Part shown: piece after piece, positions 1-9,319 of the stretch
Layout: each line of letters starts with the position of its first letter
Position numbering within the stretch: the first letter of the stretch is position 1
DNA from: Desulfobacterales bacterium
GTDB taxonomy: Bacteria > Desulfobacterota > Desulfobacteria > Desulfobacterales > UBA5616
Length of the DNA stretch: 60,364 nt
Direction: 5' to 3'
Assembly (NCBI GenBank): GCA_046483495.1
Contig: JAWODC010000051.1
Span: 1-60,364, forward strand
The notes under the pieces: model-generated
Databases searched by the model: none
Seen by the model: only the letters and a program-made list of their open reading frames with translations
Told to the model about the DNA's origin: nothing
Position numbers and translations under genes: made by a program

Positions 1-248
1 CGTATAAGCCTATCGGCTCCGGCCGCCTTGAAAGGAAGCTATAACCATTATTCAGTGTCCACCGGAAATAGGCAATTTCGCGTGAGTTCAAGGCGGACGC
101 AAAATCGAAATCCTCAAAATAGCATACGATTCCTGCGGTTTCGATCTTGCGCCCGCCTTGAACTCACGCGAAATTGCCTATTTCCGGTGGACACTGAATA
201 ATGGTTATAGCTTCCTTTCAAGGCGGCCGGAGCCGATAGGCTTATACG
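1..248. repeat. Long inverted repeat (fold-back) at window start
   Basis: Bases 1-96 are the exact reverse complement of 153-248; pairing continues with 2 mismatches to 110/139. Confidence 0.95.
54..195 (+). repeat. ~143 bp palindromic dispersed element, copy 1 (subtype A, left arm homogenised)
   Basis: Termini AGTGTCCACCGGAAAT...ATTTCCGGTGGACACT; core ATCCTCAAAATA..ATTCCTGCGGTT and CCGCCTTGAAC are shared with copies at 11433, 30318 and 42386. Confidence 0.9.
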
Positions 249-293
249 ACTTTTTTGGGGGATAAGTCAAGTAAGACGGCGGAAAAGAAACCC

Positions 294-323
294 TTGACAA
301 TTGCGGTGTGACGACTGTAATGT
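294..323 (+). promoter_or_regulatory. Putative sigma70 promoter of the tetR-efflux operon
   Basis: TTGACA (294-299), then TGTAAT (16 bp spacer) or TAATGT (18 bp spacer), ~50 bp upstream of the ATG at 371. Confidence 0.6.
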
Positions 324-334
324 TCAAACTCTTT

Positions 335-350
335 TTGAGTGCACACTCAA
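335..350. promoter_or_regulatory. Putative TetR operator
   Basis: Perfect inverted repeat TTGAGTG-CA-CACTCAA between the promoter and the tetR start. Confidence 0.6.
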
Positions 351-370
351 TATCAACCGGGGAAATCCGC

Positions 371-976
371 ATGGCACTTGTAAATCGAAGAAATGCCATC
401 CTGGAAGCCGCTGTGGATCTTTTTGCGGAAAATGGATTTTCAGCCACACCGACCATGGCCATCGCCAAAAGGGCGGATGTCGCCGAGGGGCTGATATTCC
501 ATTATTTTAAAAACAAAAAGGGCATCCTGATGCATATTCTCGATGACATTTATGCTCTCTATGCCCGGGAGTTGGAAAATATACTCGACAGACCGGTAAG
601 CGGGCTTCGCATGATCGAAGAGATGACGATCTGCCATTTTGCGTTGAGGGAACGGAAAAAGCGAGAGTTCCAGGTTTTGGTACGTGATATTCCATCGGGT
701 ATAATGAATCCGGATACCCCCGAATACAAAAAGATAACCCGGCACATAAACCACCTGATGGACGTTTTCCGGCAGGCGATTCTGCGGGGCCAGAATGACG
801 GTTCCATTCGATCATCGTCCCCGGATGAAATGACGCTCGTGATTCGGGGCGCGCTTCTCGGCATCAGCAATCTCAGTCAGCGGCTTTGCCGGGAGCCCGA
901 CTACGGGCGATTATCCACGGCTGTAACCGCTTTCATACGGCGGGGTATCGATTCCGGAACGGAGGATAGTGAATGA
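371..976 (+). CDS. TetR/AcrR family transcriptional regulator
   Basis: N-terminal HTH: RRNAILEAAVDLFAENGF...IAKRADVAEGLIFHYFKNK; start placed at ATG 371. Confidence 0.93.
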   Translation: MALVNRRNAILEAAVDLFAENGFSATPTMAIAKRADVAEGLIFHYFKNKKGILMHILDDIYALYARELENILDRPVSGLRMIEEMTICHFALRERKKREFQVLVRDIPSGIMNPDTPEYKKITRHINHLMDVFRQAILRGQNDGSIRSSSPDEMTLVIRGALLGISNLSQRLCREPDYGRLSTAVTAFIRRGIDSGTEDSE

Positions 977-2535
977 TAAAGAAGATATTCGGATGGGCAC
1001 TGGTTCTTTTAACCGGTGTGATATTGACAGGCCGTTCGGCCGCAATGGCGATGGAAAACGAAACCGCTGTCATGCATTTAAGAGAGGCGCTGGTGCTGGG
1101 GATTGAGAACAATCTCGACATCAAGATCACCCGAACGGGCGTTCCGATCAGTGGGTTGGATGTGATTATTCAAAAGGCTGTTTTCGATCCCATCCTGGAT
1201 GCAACCGTCTTTTCATCCGAAATAAAAAGCCCGATCGCCCTCGCAACCACACCGCTTTCCGATGTGACCACCGAGCAGCTCGGCGCAGTGGCGGGGGTAA
1301 CCCAAACCATGCCGTGGGGGCTTACCTCGAGGCTGTCCTTCGAGACGTATCGAACGGAGGAAAATGCGCCGTCGTATCTTCTTGCGCCGGAATATCGAGA
1401 CTACATCGTTCTCGATATATCCCAGCCGCTGCTGCGGGATTTCGGGACAAAAATCAACACTACGAATATCAGGGTGGCGCAAAACCGGCAAAAGCAAGCC
1501 GTACTCGAATATGTAAGTCGGGTAAACGCGATTGTTCGTGCGGTTGAAACCACCTATTATGACCTGGCAAATGCCGTCCGGGTATTGGAATTGCGGATCG
1601 AATCCAGGGAACTGGCAAGCGCCCTTCTCGAAGGAAATCGAAAAAAATTCGAGGCCGGCGTTGTCCCGGTAAGTGAAGTTCAGCGGGCCGAGACTGCGGT
1701 GGCGCAGCGTGATGAGCTGGTCCTCTTTGCAGTCCAGCAGGCGGAAATCATATCCGATCGCTTAAAGGACCTTTTAGATATTCGATGGGAAGGCCCGCTG
1801 TCCGACAAAATGATTGCTCCGGAAATGGCGCGGATTACCGACCGTACGATTCCTGAACTGTCAACGGCACTGGCGGCGGCCCTTAACAACCGGCCGGAAC
1901 TGCAACAGCAGGTTTTGGAGATCGAAAACCAGGACATCACGATTGCCTTTTACGACAACCGGACGCTGCCGCGGCTCGACCTATCCGCGACTTTGGGCCT
2001 CAACGGACTTTCCGGTGATCCGCGGGGGACATTACCGGCGGATACGGGCTTCGAGGGCGGCTTTTGGGATGCCTTTTCCGGCTTGACGGACGGTGACGGC
2101 TATGAATGGCGTTTGGGACTGAGCCTGACATACCCCTGGGGAAACCGTGCGGCAAAATCCCGCTATCACCGCGCTGAATTGGAAAAGAAACGGGCGGTTT
2201 ACCAATATAAGCGGATAGAGGGAGCGTTTGAAACCGACGTCAAGAATGCATGGACAAACGTCAGCCGCAGTCTTGAGCGAATCGATGTTGCCGAGCGGTT
2301 TGAGTCCCTTGCCGCTGTTACACTGGACCAGGAAATGAAACGCATGGAGCAGGGCCTTTCCGATACGTTTCGAATTCTGCAGTTCCAGGATGACCTCATC
2401 GAGGCAAAAATCAGGAAAGCAACCGCCATAATCGACTACCGGAAAGGCCTTTCGGATTTATATTATAGTATGGGTGTTATCTTGGACCGTCACGATATAG
2501 AGGTGCATGATCCCCATCGAGGAGACGTATCATAA
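973..2535 (+). CDS. TolC family outer membrane efflux protein
   Basis: Signal peptide, two OEP-like halves (LREALVLGIENNLDI; ALNNRPEL...LPRLDL); precedes the MFP and RND genes. Confidence 0.9.
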   Translation: MIKKIFGWALVLLTGVILTGRSAAMAMENETAVMHLREALVLGIENNLDIKITRTGVPISGLDVIIQKAVFDPILDATVFSSEIKSPIALATTPLSDVTTEQLGAVAGVTQTMPWGLTSRLSFETYRTEENAPSYLLAPEYRDYIVLDISQPLLRDFGTKINTTNIRVAQNRQKQAVLEYVSRVNAIVRAVETTYYDLANAVRVLELRIESRELASALLEGNRKKFEAGVVPVSEVQRAETAVAQRDELVLFAVQQAEIISDRLKDLLDIRWEGPLSDKMIAPEMARITDRTIPELSTALAAALNNRPELQQQVLEIENQDITIAFYDNRTLPRLDLSATLGLNGLSGDPRGTLPADTGFEGGFWDAFSGLTDGDGYEWRLGLSLTYPWGNRAAKSRYHRAELEKKRAVYQYKRIEGAFETDVKNAWTNVSRSLERIDVAERFESLAAVTLDQEMKRMEQGLSDTFRILQFQDDLIEAKIRKATAIIDYRKGLSDLYYSMGVILDRHDIEVHDPHRGDVS

Positions 2536-3671
2536 TGAAACGGAAATTGTTGATCATCGGTATCGGTGCGGTCGCCATACTCGGCATTCTGTTGATTATT
2601 CGGGATGATTCGGCAAACGGCCCGGGTCACGCGCAGCAGGCTGCACCGCAGGGCGTTCCGGTCACGGTGGGAACGGTTTCGCCCATGCGAATCGAATACA
2701 CACTGCAGCAGGTGGGAACCCTCGCAGCCAGCCGGGATGTGATGCTTCGTTCCAGAACACAAGGCCGGGTTACGGAAATACTTTTTGAAGAAGGAAGACC
2801 CGTAAAAAAAGATGAGGTTCTGGTAAGGATAGACGATGCCAAAATCATCGCGGAAATTGAAAATCTGAAAGCCCACATCGACCAATTGGAAATCCGGCTT
2901 GAAAATAAAAGAAGAAGCCTTGAAAGAAACCGGTCTCTGGTGGAACAGGATCTGATATCCAGAGAAATGTACGATAACCTGCAGACCGAAATCAATGAAA
3001 TAAAAGCGCAGATTACGCAGGTAAAAGCAGGTCTGGCCCAGCAGGAAGAGCGTCTCGCCGATACGGTAATCCGGGCGCCGTTTGAAGGCGTGGCCGGCCC
3101 AAGGACGTTCTCGGTGGGGCATTACCTCGGGATCGGCGACCCGGTGGTTTCGATTGTTGATTTGGATGCACTTGAAATTGCATTTAAAGTGCCTGAAATC
3201 TACAAACCCCGGGTTGAACCGGGCCAGGAAGTCCACTTGGCTGTGGATGCCTATCCGGGAAAAAATTTTATTGGCGAAATTTTTTTCATCGATCCCGAAG
3301 TTGCGGTGGATACCCGTGCCTTTCTGGTAAAAGCAAGAGTGGACAATTCGGAAAACGCCCTGAACCCGGGAATGTTCGCCCGTGCGGAATTGGTGACGGA
3401 GGTACACGAAGAAGCGCCGACCGTTCCCTGGGAGAGCATCATTCAGACCGAAAATGAAACCTACCTCTATGGAATAGAGGGTAATAACGCCAAAAAATAC
3501 GTCGTGCGCCTCGGCAAGATCACCGGCCCGCGGGCGGAAATCCTGGAGCCGTTGCTGAATCCCGGACAAAGCATTATCCTGGAAGGAAAATACAGTGTCA
3601 AAGACGGGAGCGAAATACGCATTGTGGAGGTAAACGGTACAAAAGAAGCAGCCCCGGGACAAGGAGCTTAA
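2535..3671 (+). CDS. RND efflux periplasmic adaptor (membrane fusion protein)
   Basis: N-terminal anchor, lipoyl halves (GRVTEILFEEG; IRAPFEG), coiled coil, LNPGMFA motif. Confidence 0.93.
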   Translation: MKRKLLIIGIGAVAILGILLIIRDDSANGPGHAQQAAPQGVPVTVGTVSPMRIEYTLQQVGTLAASRDVMLRSRTQGRVTEILFEEGRPVKKDEVLVRIDDAKIIAEIENLKAHIDQLEIRLENKRRSLERNRSLVEQDLISREMYDNLQTEINEIKAQITQVKAGLAQQEERLADTVIRAPFEGVAGPRTFSVGHYLGIGDPVVSIVDLDALEIAFKVPEIYKPRVEPGQEVHLAVDAYPGKNFIGEIFFIDPEVAVDTRAFLVKARVDNSENALNPGMFARAELVTEVHEEAPTVPWESIIQTENETYLYGIEGNNAKKYVVRLGKITGPRAEILEPLLNPGQSIILEGKYSVKDGSEIRIVEVNGTKEAAPGQGA

Positions 3672-3674
3672 TAG

Positions 3675-6600
3675 ATGATACTTCCCGAATTTTCAATAAA
3701 ACGGCCGGTGGCGGCTTTTATGATGATCGGCGCATTGGTTGTTTTCGGGCTCATCGGTTTGGGGCGGCTCGGCATCGCCCTGTACCCGGATGTCGACATG
3801 CCCATGGTCAGCATCACAACGAGCTGGGAGAACGCCCGGCCGGAGGAAATCGATAACGAAATAACCGATGAGCTGGAGGATGCGGTCAGTTCGGTCAGCG
3901 GCATCAAGCATATCACTTCAAAGAGCCGACAGGGGGTCTCCCAGATCATTGTGGAATTTGAACTGACCAAGGATGTCGATGTGGCGGCGCAGGAAGTTCG
4001 GGACAAGGTTTCGGCACGACTGCATAAAATTCCGGCAAACGCGGAAGTGCCCGTGATCGACAAGCTGGACATGAATGCCCAGCCCATCATGTGGCTTGCC
4101 GTCACCGGCGGGTATGCCATCGAGGAATTGACCCGGATTGCGGACGAACAGATTCGTGTGCAGCTGCAGAAGATCGAAGGGGTCGGTGAGGTTCGTTTGG
4201 GGGGTGCACGGGAAAAGGAAATCAAGATCTGGTTGAACCGTGAACGGCTGGCCGCTTATCGGATCGGCGTGGATGAAGTCATCAATGCCGTTCAAGCCCA
4301 GCACATCGATATTCCCGCCGGAAAAATCGAATCCAGTGAAAAAGAATTTCTGGTCCGAACCATCGGCGAATTGGATTCTGCGGAAGCCTTCAATGATTTG
4401 ATTGTGGCCTACCGGGACGGCGCGCCCATACGGCTTGGGCTTCTCGGCTATGCCGAGACGGGGCGAGAGGAAAGCATGGCGGTTGCGCAGTTCACCACCC
4501 GTGAGGGGACCTTCAAGAATGTCGGCCTGGGGGTGGCGCCCCGCTCGGGAGCGAATAACGTGGCGATTGCGGAAAAAGTGAGGAACATTCTGCCGGAAAT
4601 CCGCGGGACGCTTCCCGAAGGCATGGACATTCAGATCGCATCGGACACCACCCGGTTCATCCAGGAATCCATCCAGGAGGTTAAATTTCAGCTTCTTCTG
4701 GGGTCTATACTGGCGGCGCTGGTGATTTTCTTCTTTTTGCAGAATATGCGGACAACCCTGATCAGTGCCATTGCCATTCCAACCTCCATTATTGCGACAT
4801 TTGCCTGTATCTATGCCCTGGATTTCACGCTGAACAATATGACCATGCTGGCCCTGATCACGGCGGTGGGCCTGGTGATCGATGACGCCATCGTGATGGT
4901 GGAAAACATATACCGCCACCGGGCCGGCCTGGGAAAAGGATCGATCGCCGCTGCAATGGACGGATCCTCGGAGGTGGCGTTTGCCATTATCTCGGCAACC
5001 CTGACGCTTCTGGGGGTGTTTATCCCGGTGGCCTTCATGGAGGGAATCGTCGGCCGTTTCTTTTTCCAGTTCGCCATTACCATGGCATTTGCCGTGGGCT
5101 GTTCGCTTTTGGTCGGGCTGACGGTCGTTCCCATGCTGTCTTCCCGTTTTCTGCGCCTTCAAACCGGGGATTCTTTCAGCGCGTTTCGTATATTCAACCG
5201 AATGATGGACACTCTGGCGGTGAATTACCGCAAACTTTTGTCCTGGTCGCTTCGACATCGGCTGACGATTGTGGGCATTGCCGTAGGGGCCATGATTTTC
5301 GGGGGTTGGCTTTTCAGCTACGTGGGAAAAGAATTCGTTACGGCGGAAGACCAGAGCCGGATACTGGTTCGCCTGGAAACCCCGCTTTCCTATTCCTTAG
5401 ACAAGACCGATGTGGTTATGAACCGCCTGAGGGAAAAGCTCGCGCAAATTCCCGAAGTGAAGCATTTTTTCTCGATCTCAGGCGCAGGAGGGACCAACAA
5501 GGGGATTGCTTTCATTACCTTGGTCCCAAAGGATCAGCGGGACCTTACGCAATTCGATCTGCAGGCAAAGATTCGCGGAATGCTGAAGAATTTTCCCGAT
5601 GTAAAGGCTTCTGTAACAGACGTTTCTCCCGCGGGGGGAGGATCGCGGAACGAGGATGTTCAACTGGTGATCCAGGGACCGGTAATCGAAGAAATCGATC
5701 GACATTCAAGCGAAATCATGGCACGCATTTCCCAAACCCCTGGCTATATCGGCGTGACGCGGGATTTGGAAATCGGCAAACCGGAAGTCAGGGTGGTGAT
5801 TGACCGGGCCAAGGCGGCCGATGCCGGCGTAAGCGTCCGGAGCATCGGATCCGCCGTAGCTGCTCTGCTCGGCGGTGTAGAGGTGGCTGATTTCAAGCAC
5901 GGCGGCAAGAGCTATGATATCCGAGTCCGGTTGATATACGACCAGCGGCTGCTGCCGCAGGATATCGAAAAAATCTGGATTCGAACGGCAGCGGGCGAAC
6001 TGGTGGATGTGGCCAATTTCACCCGATTGGAAATCGGCGTCGGGCCTAATGTGATCAACCGCCGGGATCGTCAGCGATCCGCCACGGTTTACGCCAATCT
6101 CGAGGGGAAGCTCCTGGGAGAGGCGCTTCCCGAAATCAAACGGCTGGCCGATGAAGTTCTTCCGGATGGATATACATCGAGTTTTATCGGCAAGGGCGAA
6201 ACCTTCGTTGAAACCGGGCAATATCTCCTGTTTGCATTCATGCTGGCCGTTCTGCTCACCTATATGGTCCTGGCGGCCCAGTTCGAGAGTTTTATACAAC
6301 CTTTCGCCATCATGGCGGGGATTCCCCTGTCGTTTATCGGTGCCTTCGGTTTGCTTTTTATGTTGGGGAACACGTTCAATTTATATTCCATGATCGGGCT
6401 GGTGCTGCTGGTGGGGTTGGTGACCAAAAACGGCATTCTGCTTATCGATTATGCCAATCAGCAGCGGGAAAAGGGGCTTGCTGTGGCCGATGCGCTCGTA
6501 GAGGCCGGTGCCACGCGGCTTAGGCCCATATTAATGACCGCCGTTTCTACGGTGGCGGGGGTGATTCCCGTGGTTATCGGTCTGGGTATCGGCAGCGAAA

Positions 6601-6773
6601 GCCGGCAGCCCATGGCCGTGGTGATCGCCGGGGGCATGCTGTCATCCACCGTTTTAACGCTGGTGGTGGTGCCGGTGATTTATTCTTATCTGGACCAATT
6701 TGCCCGATGGCGGGTGTTTGAAGGGATTCGAGGCCGTATCATGGCCAGGGACGCCCGCCGTCGTCATGTTTAA
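3675..6773 (+). CDS. RND efflux permease (AcrB/AcrD/AcrF family)
   Basis: 1032 aa; FSIKRPV start, GLVIDDAIVMVENI proton-relay motif, KNGILLID, RLRPILMT. Confidence 0.96.
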   Translation: MILPEFSIKRPVAAFMMIGALVVFGLIGLGRLGIALYPDVDMPMVSITTSWENARPEEIDNEITDELEDAVSSVSGIKHITSKSRQGVSQIIVEFELTKDVDVAAQEVRDKVSARLHKIPANAEVPVIDKLDMNAQPIMWLAVTGGYAIEELTRIADEQIRVQLQKIEGVGEVRLGGAREKEIKIWLNRERLAAYRIGVDEVINAVQAQHIDIPAGKIESSEKEFLVRTIGELDSAEAFNDLIVAYRDGAPIRLGLLGYAETGREESMAVAQFTTREGTFKNVGLGVAPRSGANNVAIAEKVRNILPEIRGTLPEGMDIQIASDTTRFIQESIQEVKFQLLLGSILAALVIFFFLQNMRTTLISAIAIPTSIIATFACIYALDFTLNNMTMLALITAVGLVIDDAIVMVENIYRHRAGLGKGSIAAAMDGSSEVAFAIISATLTLLGVFIPVAFMEGIVGRFFFQFAITMAFAVGCSLLVGLTVVPMLSSRFLRLQTGDSFSAFRIFNRMMDTLAVNYRKLLSWSLRHRLTIVGIAVGAMIFGGWLFSYVGKEFVTAEDQSRILVRLETPLSYSLDKTDVVMNRLREKLAQIPEVKHFFSISGAGGTNKGIAFITLVPKDQRDLTQFDLQAKIRGMLKNFPDVKASVTDVSPAGGGSRNEDVQLVIQGPVIEEIDRHSSEIMARISQTPGYIGVTRDLEIGKPEVRVVIDRAKAADAGVSVRSIGSAVAALLGGVEVADFKHGGKSYDIRVRLIYDQRLLPQDIEKIWIRTAAGELVDVANFTRLEIGVGPNVINRRDRQRSATVYANLEGKLLGEALPEIKRLADEVLPDGYTSSFIGKGETFVETGQYLLFAFMLAVLLTYMVLAAQFESFIQPFAIMAGIPLSFIGAFGLLFMLGNTFNLYSMIGLVLLVGLVTKNGILLIDYANQQREKGLAVADALVEAGATRLRPILMTAVSTVAGVIPVVIGLGIGSESRQPMAVVIAGGMLSSTVLTLVVVPVIYSYLDQFARWRVFEGIRGRIMARDARRRHV

Positions 6774-6824
6774 CAGTTTGTGGAGAAAATAAACGATTGT
6801 TATCGGGAAGAAGATGACCTGATT

Positions 6825-7394
6825 ATGGAGGAAATACGATTTCACGGCAGGGGCGGGCAGGGAACGGTGGTGGCGGCCATGCTGCTGGCCAAAGCGTTTT
6901 TCAGGGCTGGATTCGAGGTCCAAACCTTTCCGCTTTTCGGTGTGGAGCGCCGGGGGGCGCCGGTGGAGGCCTACCTGCGGCTGGACAGTCAAAAAATCCT
7001 TGTACGAAGCAATATATACCAGCCGGACCATTTGGTCATTATGGACCGAAAGCTGTTGAAGACCGTGGATGTAAAAGCCGGGCTTAAACCGGGCGGATGG
7101 ATTCTTGTCAATGCGCCCTCTATTGCCGAATGCACACCGGTTTTCGACGGATTTCGGTCGGCGGTGGTGAATGCGGTTGAGATTGCCGTTCACAACGGAC
7201 TCGGGACGCGGACTCATCCGATGGTCAACACCGCCGTGATCGGTGCGTTTGCCGGTTTGCTCGAGAAGCCCTCCTTAGACGATATCGCCGAGGCAATAAG
7301 GGAAGATATCGACGTAAAAACCGAAAATAACGTGAAGGCGGCCGTTGAAGGGTTTCAACGGGTTCAGGTTCACCGCGGTGCTTCCGATGGTTGA
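6825..7394 (+). CDS. 2-oxoacid:acceptor oxidoreductase gamma subunit (PorC-like)
   Basis: EIRFHGRGGQG and FGVERRGAPV motifs. Confidence 0.92.
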   Translation: MEEIRFHGRGGQGTVVAAMLLAKAFFRAGFEVQTFPLFGVERRGAPVEAYLRLDSQKILVRSNIYQPDHLVIMDRKLLKTVDVKAGLKPGGWILVNAPSIAECTPVFDGFRSAVVNAVEIAVHNGLGTRTHPMVNTAVIGAFAGLLEKPSLDDIAEAIREDIDVKTENNVKAAVEGFQRVQVHRGASDG

Positions 7395-7588
7395 CCTCGG
7401 AATATGTTCCAAATCCATGATTTTAAAAAAGCGCAAAAATCGAAAGCCCGGCAACAAAATCAACGCGTCCGATTGTGATTGCCCGGTTTTTCTGCTACTG
7501 TAAACCGGAGTCGATCTTCAGCCCGTCAGAGAAAAACCGATGCGGGCCGGAGTTGTAGAAAAGTGCAGAATATACGGACGGCGCTGAT

Positions 7589-9319
7589 ATGACACTTCCG
7601 GATATACCATTTTTGATCTCCCGATCCCATACCTCTACAGAAGCTAACATCACCGGATTCTGGCGGTATGTTCGGCCTGAAATTGCCCAAAAGACAGCAC
7701 CGTGCAGTGCGGCATGTCCCGTGGGGGAGGATATCGCCCGCGTGGAAAAACTGGTTCATGACGGTTTTTACAAACGGGCTCTTGAATGCATTCTGATGGA
7801 GAACCCCTTCCCGGCGGTATCCGGCCGGGTGTGTTTTCATCCCTGTGAAGGCGCCTGCAATCGGGGTCAATTCGATCAGGCCGTGTCGATACGGTGCATC
7901 GAACGCTTTCTTGGAGACGAGGCTTTCGCCGGCCGGCTTAATCCGGCTGTTTTCAGGTTCCCGCCCAAACGAAAAAAAGCGGCCGTGGTCGGGGCCGGGC
8001 CTGCCGGCCTGGCCATGGCGTATTTTTCAATCCTTTTAGGGTATGCCTGCACCATCTTTGAATCCGAAAGCGAGCCCGGGGGCCTGCTTCGCTGGGGAAT
8101 ACCTTCATATCGACTGCCGGGTGATGTTCCGGCATTTGAAATCAAACGGATTCAGGGACTCGGTGTCGACATCCGCTGCAATTCACCGATAACTGAGAAC
8201 GCCCTCTCGGAGTTGACCCACGCGTATGATGCCGTGTTCGTGGCTTGCGGTCATCGCCGGCCGCTGACTTTAGGGATCGTTGGTGAAGAAAACATGCATG
8301 ATGGTCTGGCCTTTCTTTCAGAATTGAAAAAAGGAAACATACCGGATGTTAAAGGTTCCGCGGCGGTTATCGGGGGCGGCAACACGGCCGTTGACGTGTC
8401 ACGGACGCTTGTCCGTCTGGGCATAGAAACGACTTTGGTGTACCGTCGGCGCGAACAGGATATGCCGGCCTGCAGCCGGGAGACGGCATCGGCGCTGGAA
8501 GAAGGGGTTCGACTGTTGACGTTGGCCTCTCCGGTTCGCCTGGAGAAAACAAATGACGAATGCACACTATATGTGCAGCGGATGAAAATTGACGGCAAAA
8601 CGGCCGAAGGCCGGGCAAGGGCGGTTCCGAAAGACGCGCCGGTCGAGGCGATTCACATGGGGCATGTCTTTTCGGCTGTCGGGGCTCAGGCGGAAGAACC
8701 CTGGGATAGGCTCATGGCCATGGACGATGACCATATCCGTCTAAGCCACTGCCGGATTGCAGTCGGCAAAACCCCCATCATTTACGGCGGCGATCTTGCC
8801 GATATCGACAAGAGTTTGGCCCATGCCGTGGCGTCGGGCAAGCAGGCCGCTGTTGCGATGGATGTGATTCTGTCCGGCAACGGTGTGGATGTGGCGGAAG
8901 ACATGAGAAAAATACAGGTCGGCGGCGGCCCTTCGATTTCTCTGGAGATCTATATCGGCGGCGAAAGGAAAAACAGGCGTCCTCGGGTAGTCGCCTATGG
9001 GGATCTCAACCCGGATTATTTCACCTTGCAGCCGAGGGTCTCCGCACATTCGATTCCGTTGACGTTCCTTGAACCGGAAAAGGCGTTTTCCGAACTCGAA
9101 CAGCCTCTTTCAGAAGATGCGGTGCTGCGGGAATCCGGGCGGTGCTTCAATTGCGGCATATGCAACGATTGCGGCAACTGCCGGCTGTTTTGTCCGGAAA
9201 TGGCCGTGACCGGCACAGGCGGGAACCGCGCCATTCTGTTGGAATACTGCAAAGGCTGCGGCATCTGCGTGGCGGAATGTCCGAGATGCGCCATGGCCTT
9301 GAGGGAGGAGCCGGAATGA
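7589..9319 (+). CDS. GltD/NfnB-like FAD/NAD(P) oxidoreductase fused with a PorD-like 2[4Fe-4S] ferredoxin (delta subunit)
   Basis: PorD-like N-terminus (NITGFWRYVRP); PCSAACP and GRVCFHPCEGAC; GAGPAG; GGGNTAVD; YRR; C-terminal CNDCGNCRLFCP and CKGCGICVAECP. Confidence 0.85.
   Translation: MTLPDIPFLISRSHTSTEANITGFWRYVRPEIAQKTAPCSAACPVGEDIARVEKLVHDGFYKRALECILMENPFPAVSGRVCFHPCEGACNRGQFDQAVSIRCIERFLGDEAFAGRLNPAVFRFPPKRKKAAVVGAGPAGLAMAYFSILLGYACTIFESESEPGGLLRWGIPSYRLPGDVPAFEIKRIQGLGVDIRCNSPITENALSELTHAYDAVFVACGHRRPLTLGIVGEENMHDGLAFLSELKKGNIPDVKGSAAVIGGGNTAVDVSRTLVRLGIETTLVYRRREQDMPACSRETASALEEGVRLLTLASPVRLEKTNDECTLYVQRMKIDGKTAEGRARAVPKDAPVEAIHMGHVFSAVGAQAEEPWDRLMAMDDDHIRLSHCRIAVGKTPIIYGGDLADIDKSLAHAVASGKQAAVAMDVILSGNGVDVAEDMRKIQVGGGPSISLEIYIGGERKNRRPRVVAYGDLNPDYFTLQPRVSAHSIPLTFLEPEKAFSELEQPLSEDAVLRESGRCFNCGICNDCGNCRLFCPEMAVTGTGGNRAILLEYCKGCGICVAECPRCAMALREEPE

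Noticed and set aside
2490..6299. Long antisense ORFs (2490-3662, 3918-5258, 5706-6299) and similar ones elsewhere
   Set aside because: They shadow well-supported genes on the opposite strand and have no recognisable motifs; expected from codon bias.
9142..9315. 58-aa N-terminal extension of the alpha subunit in the ORF track
   Set aside because: It overlaps the upstream gene; family similarity and an RBS point to ATG 9316.
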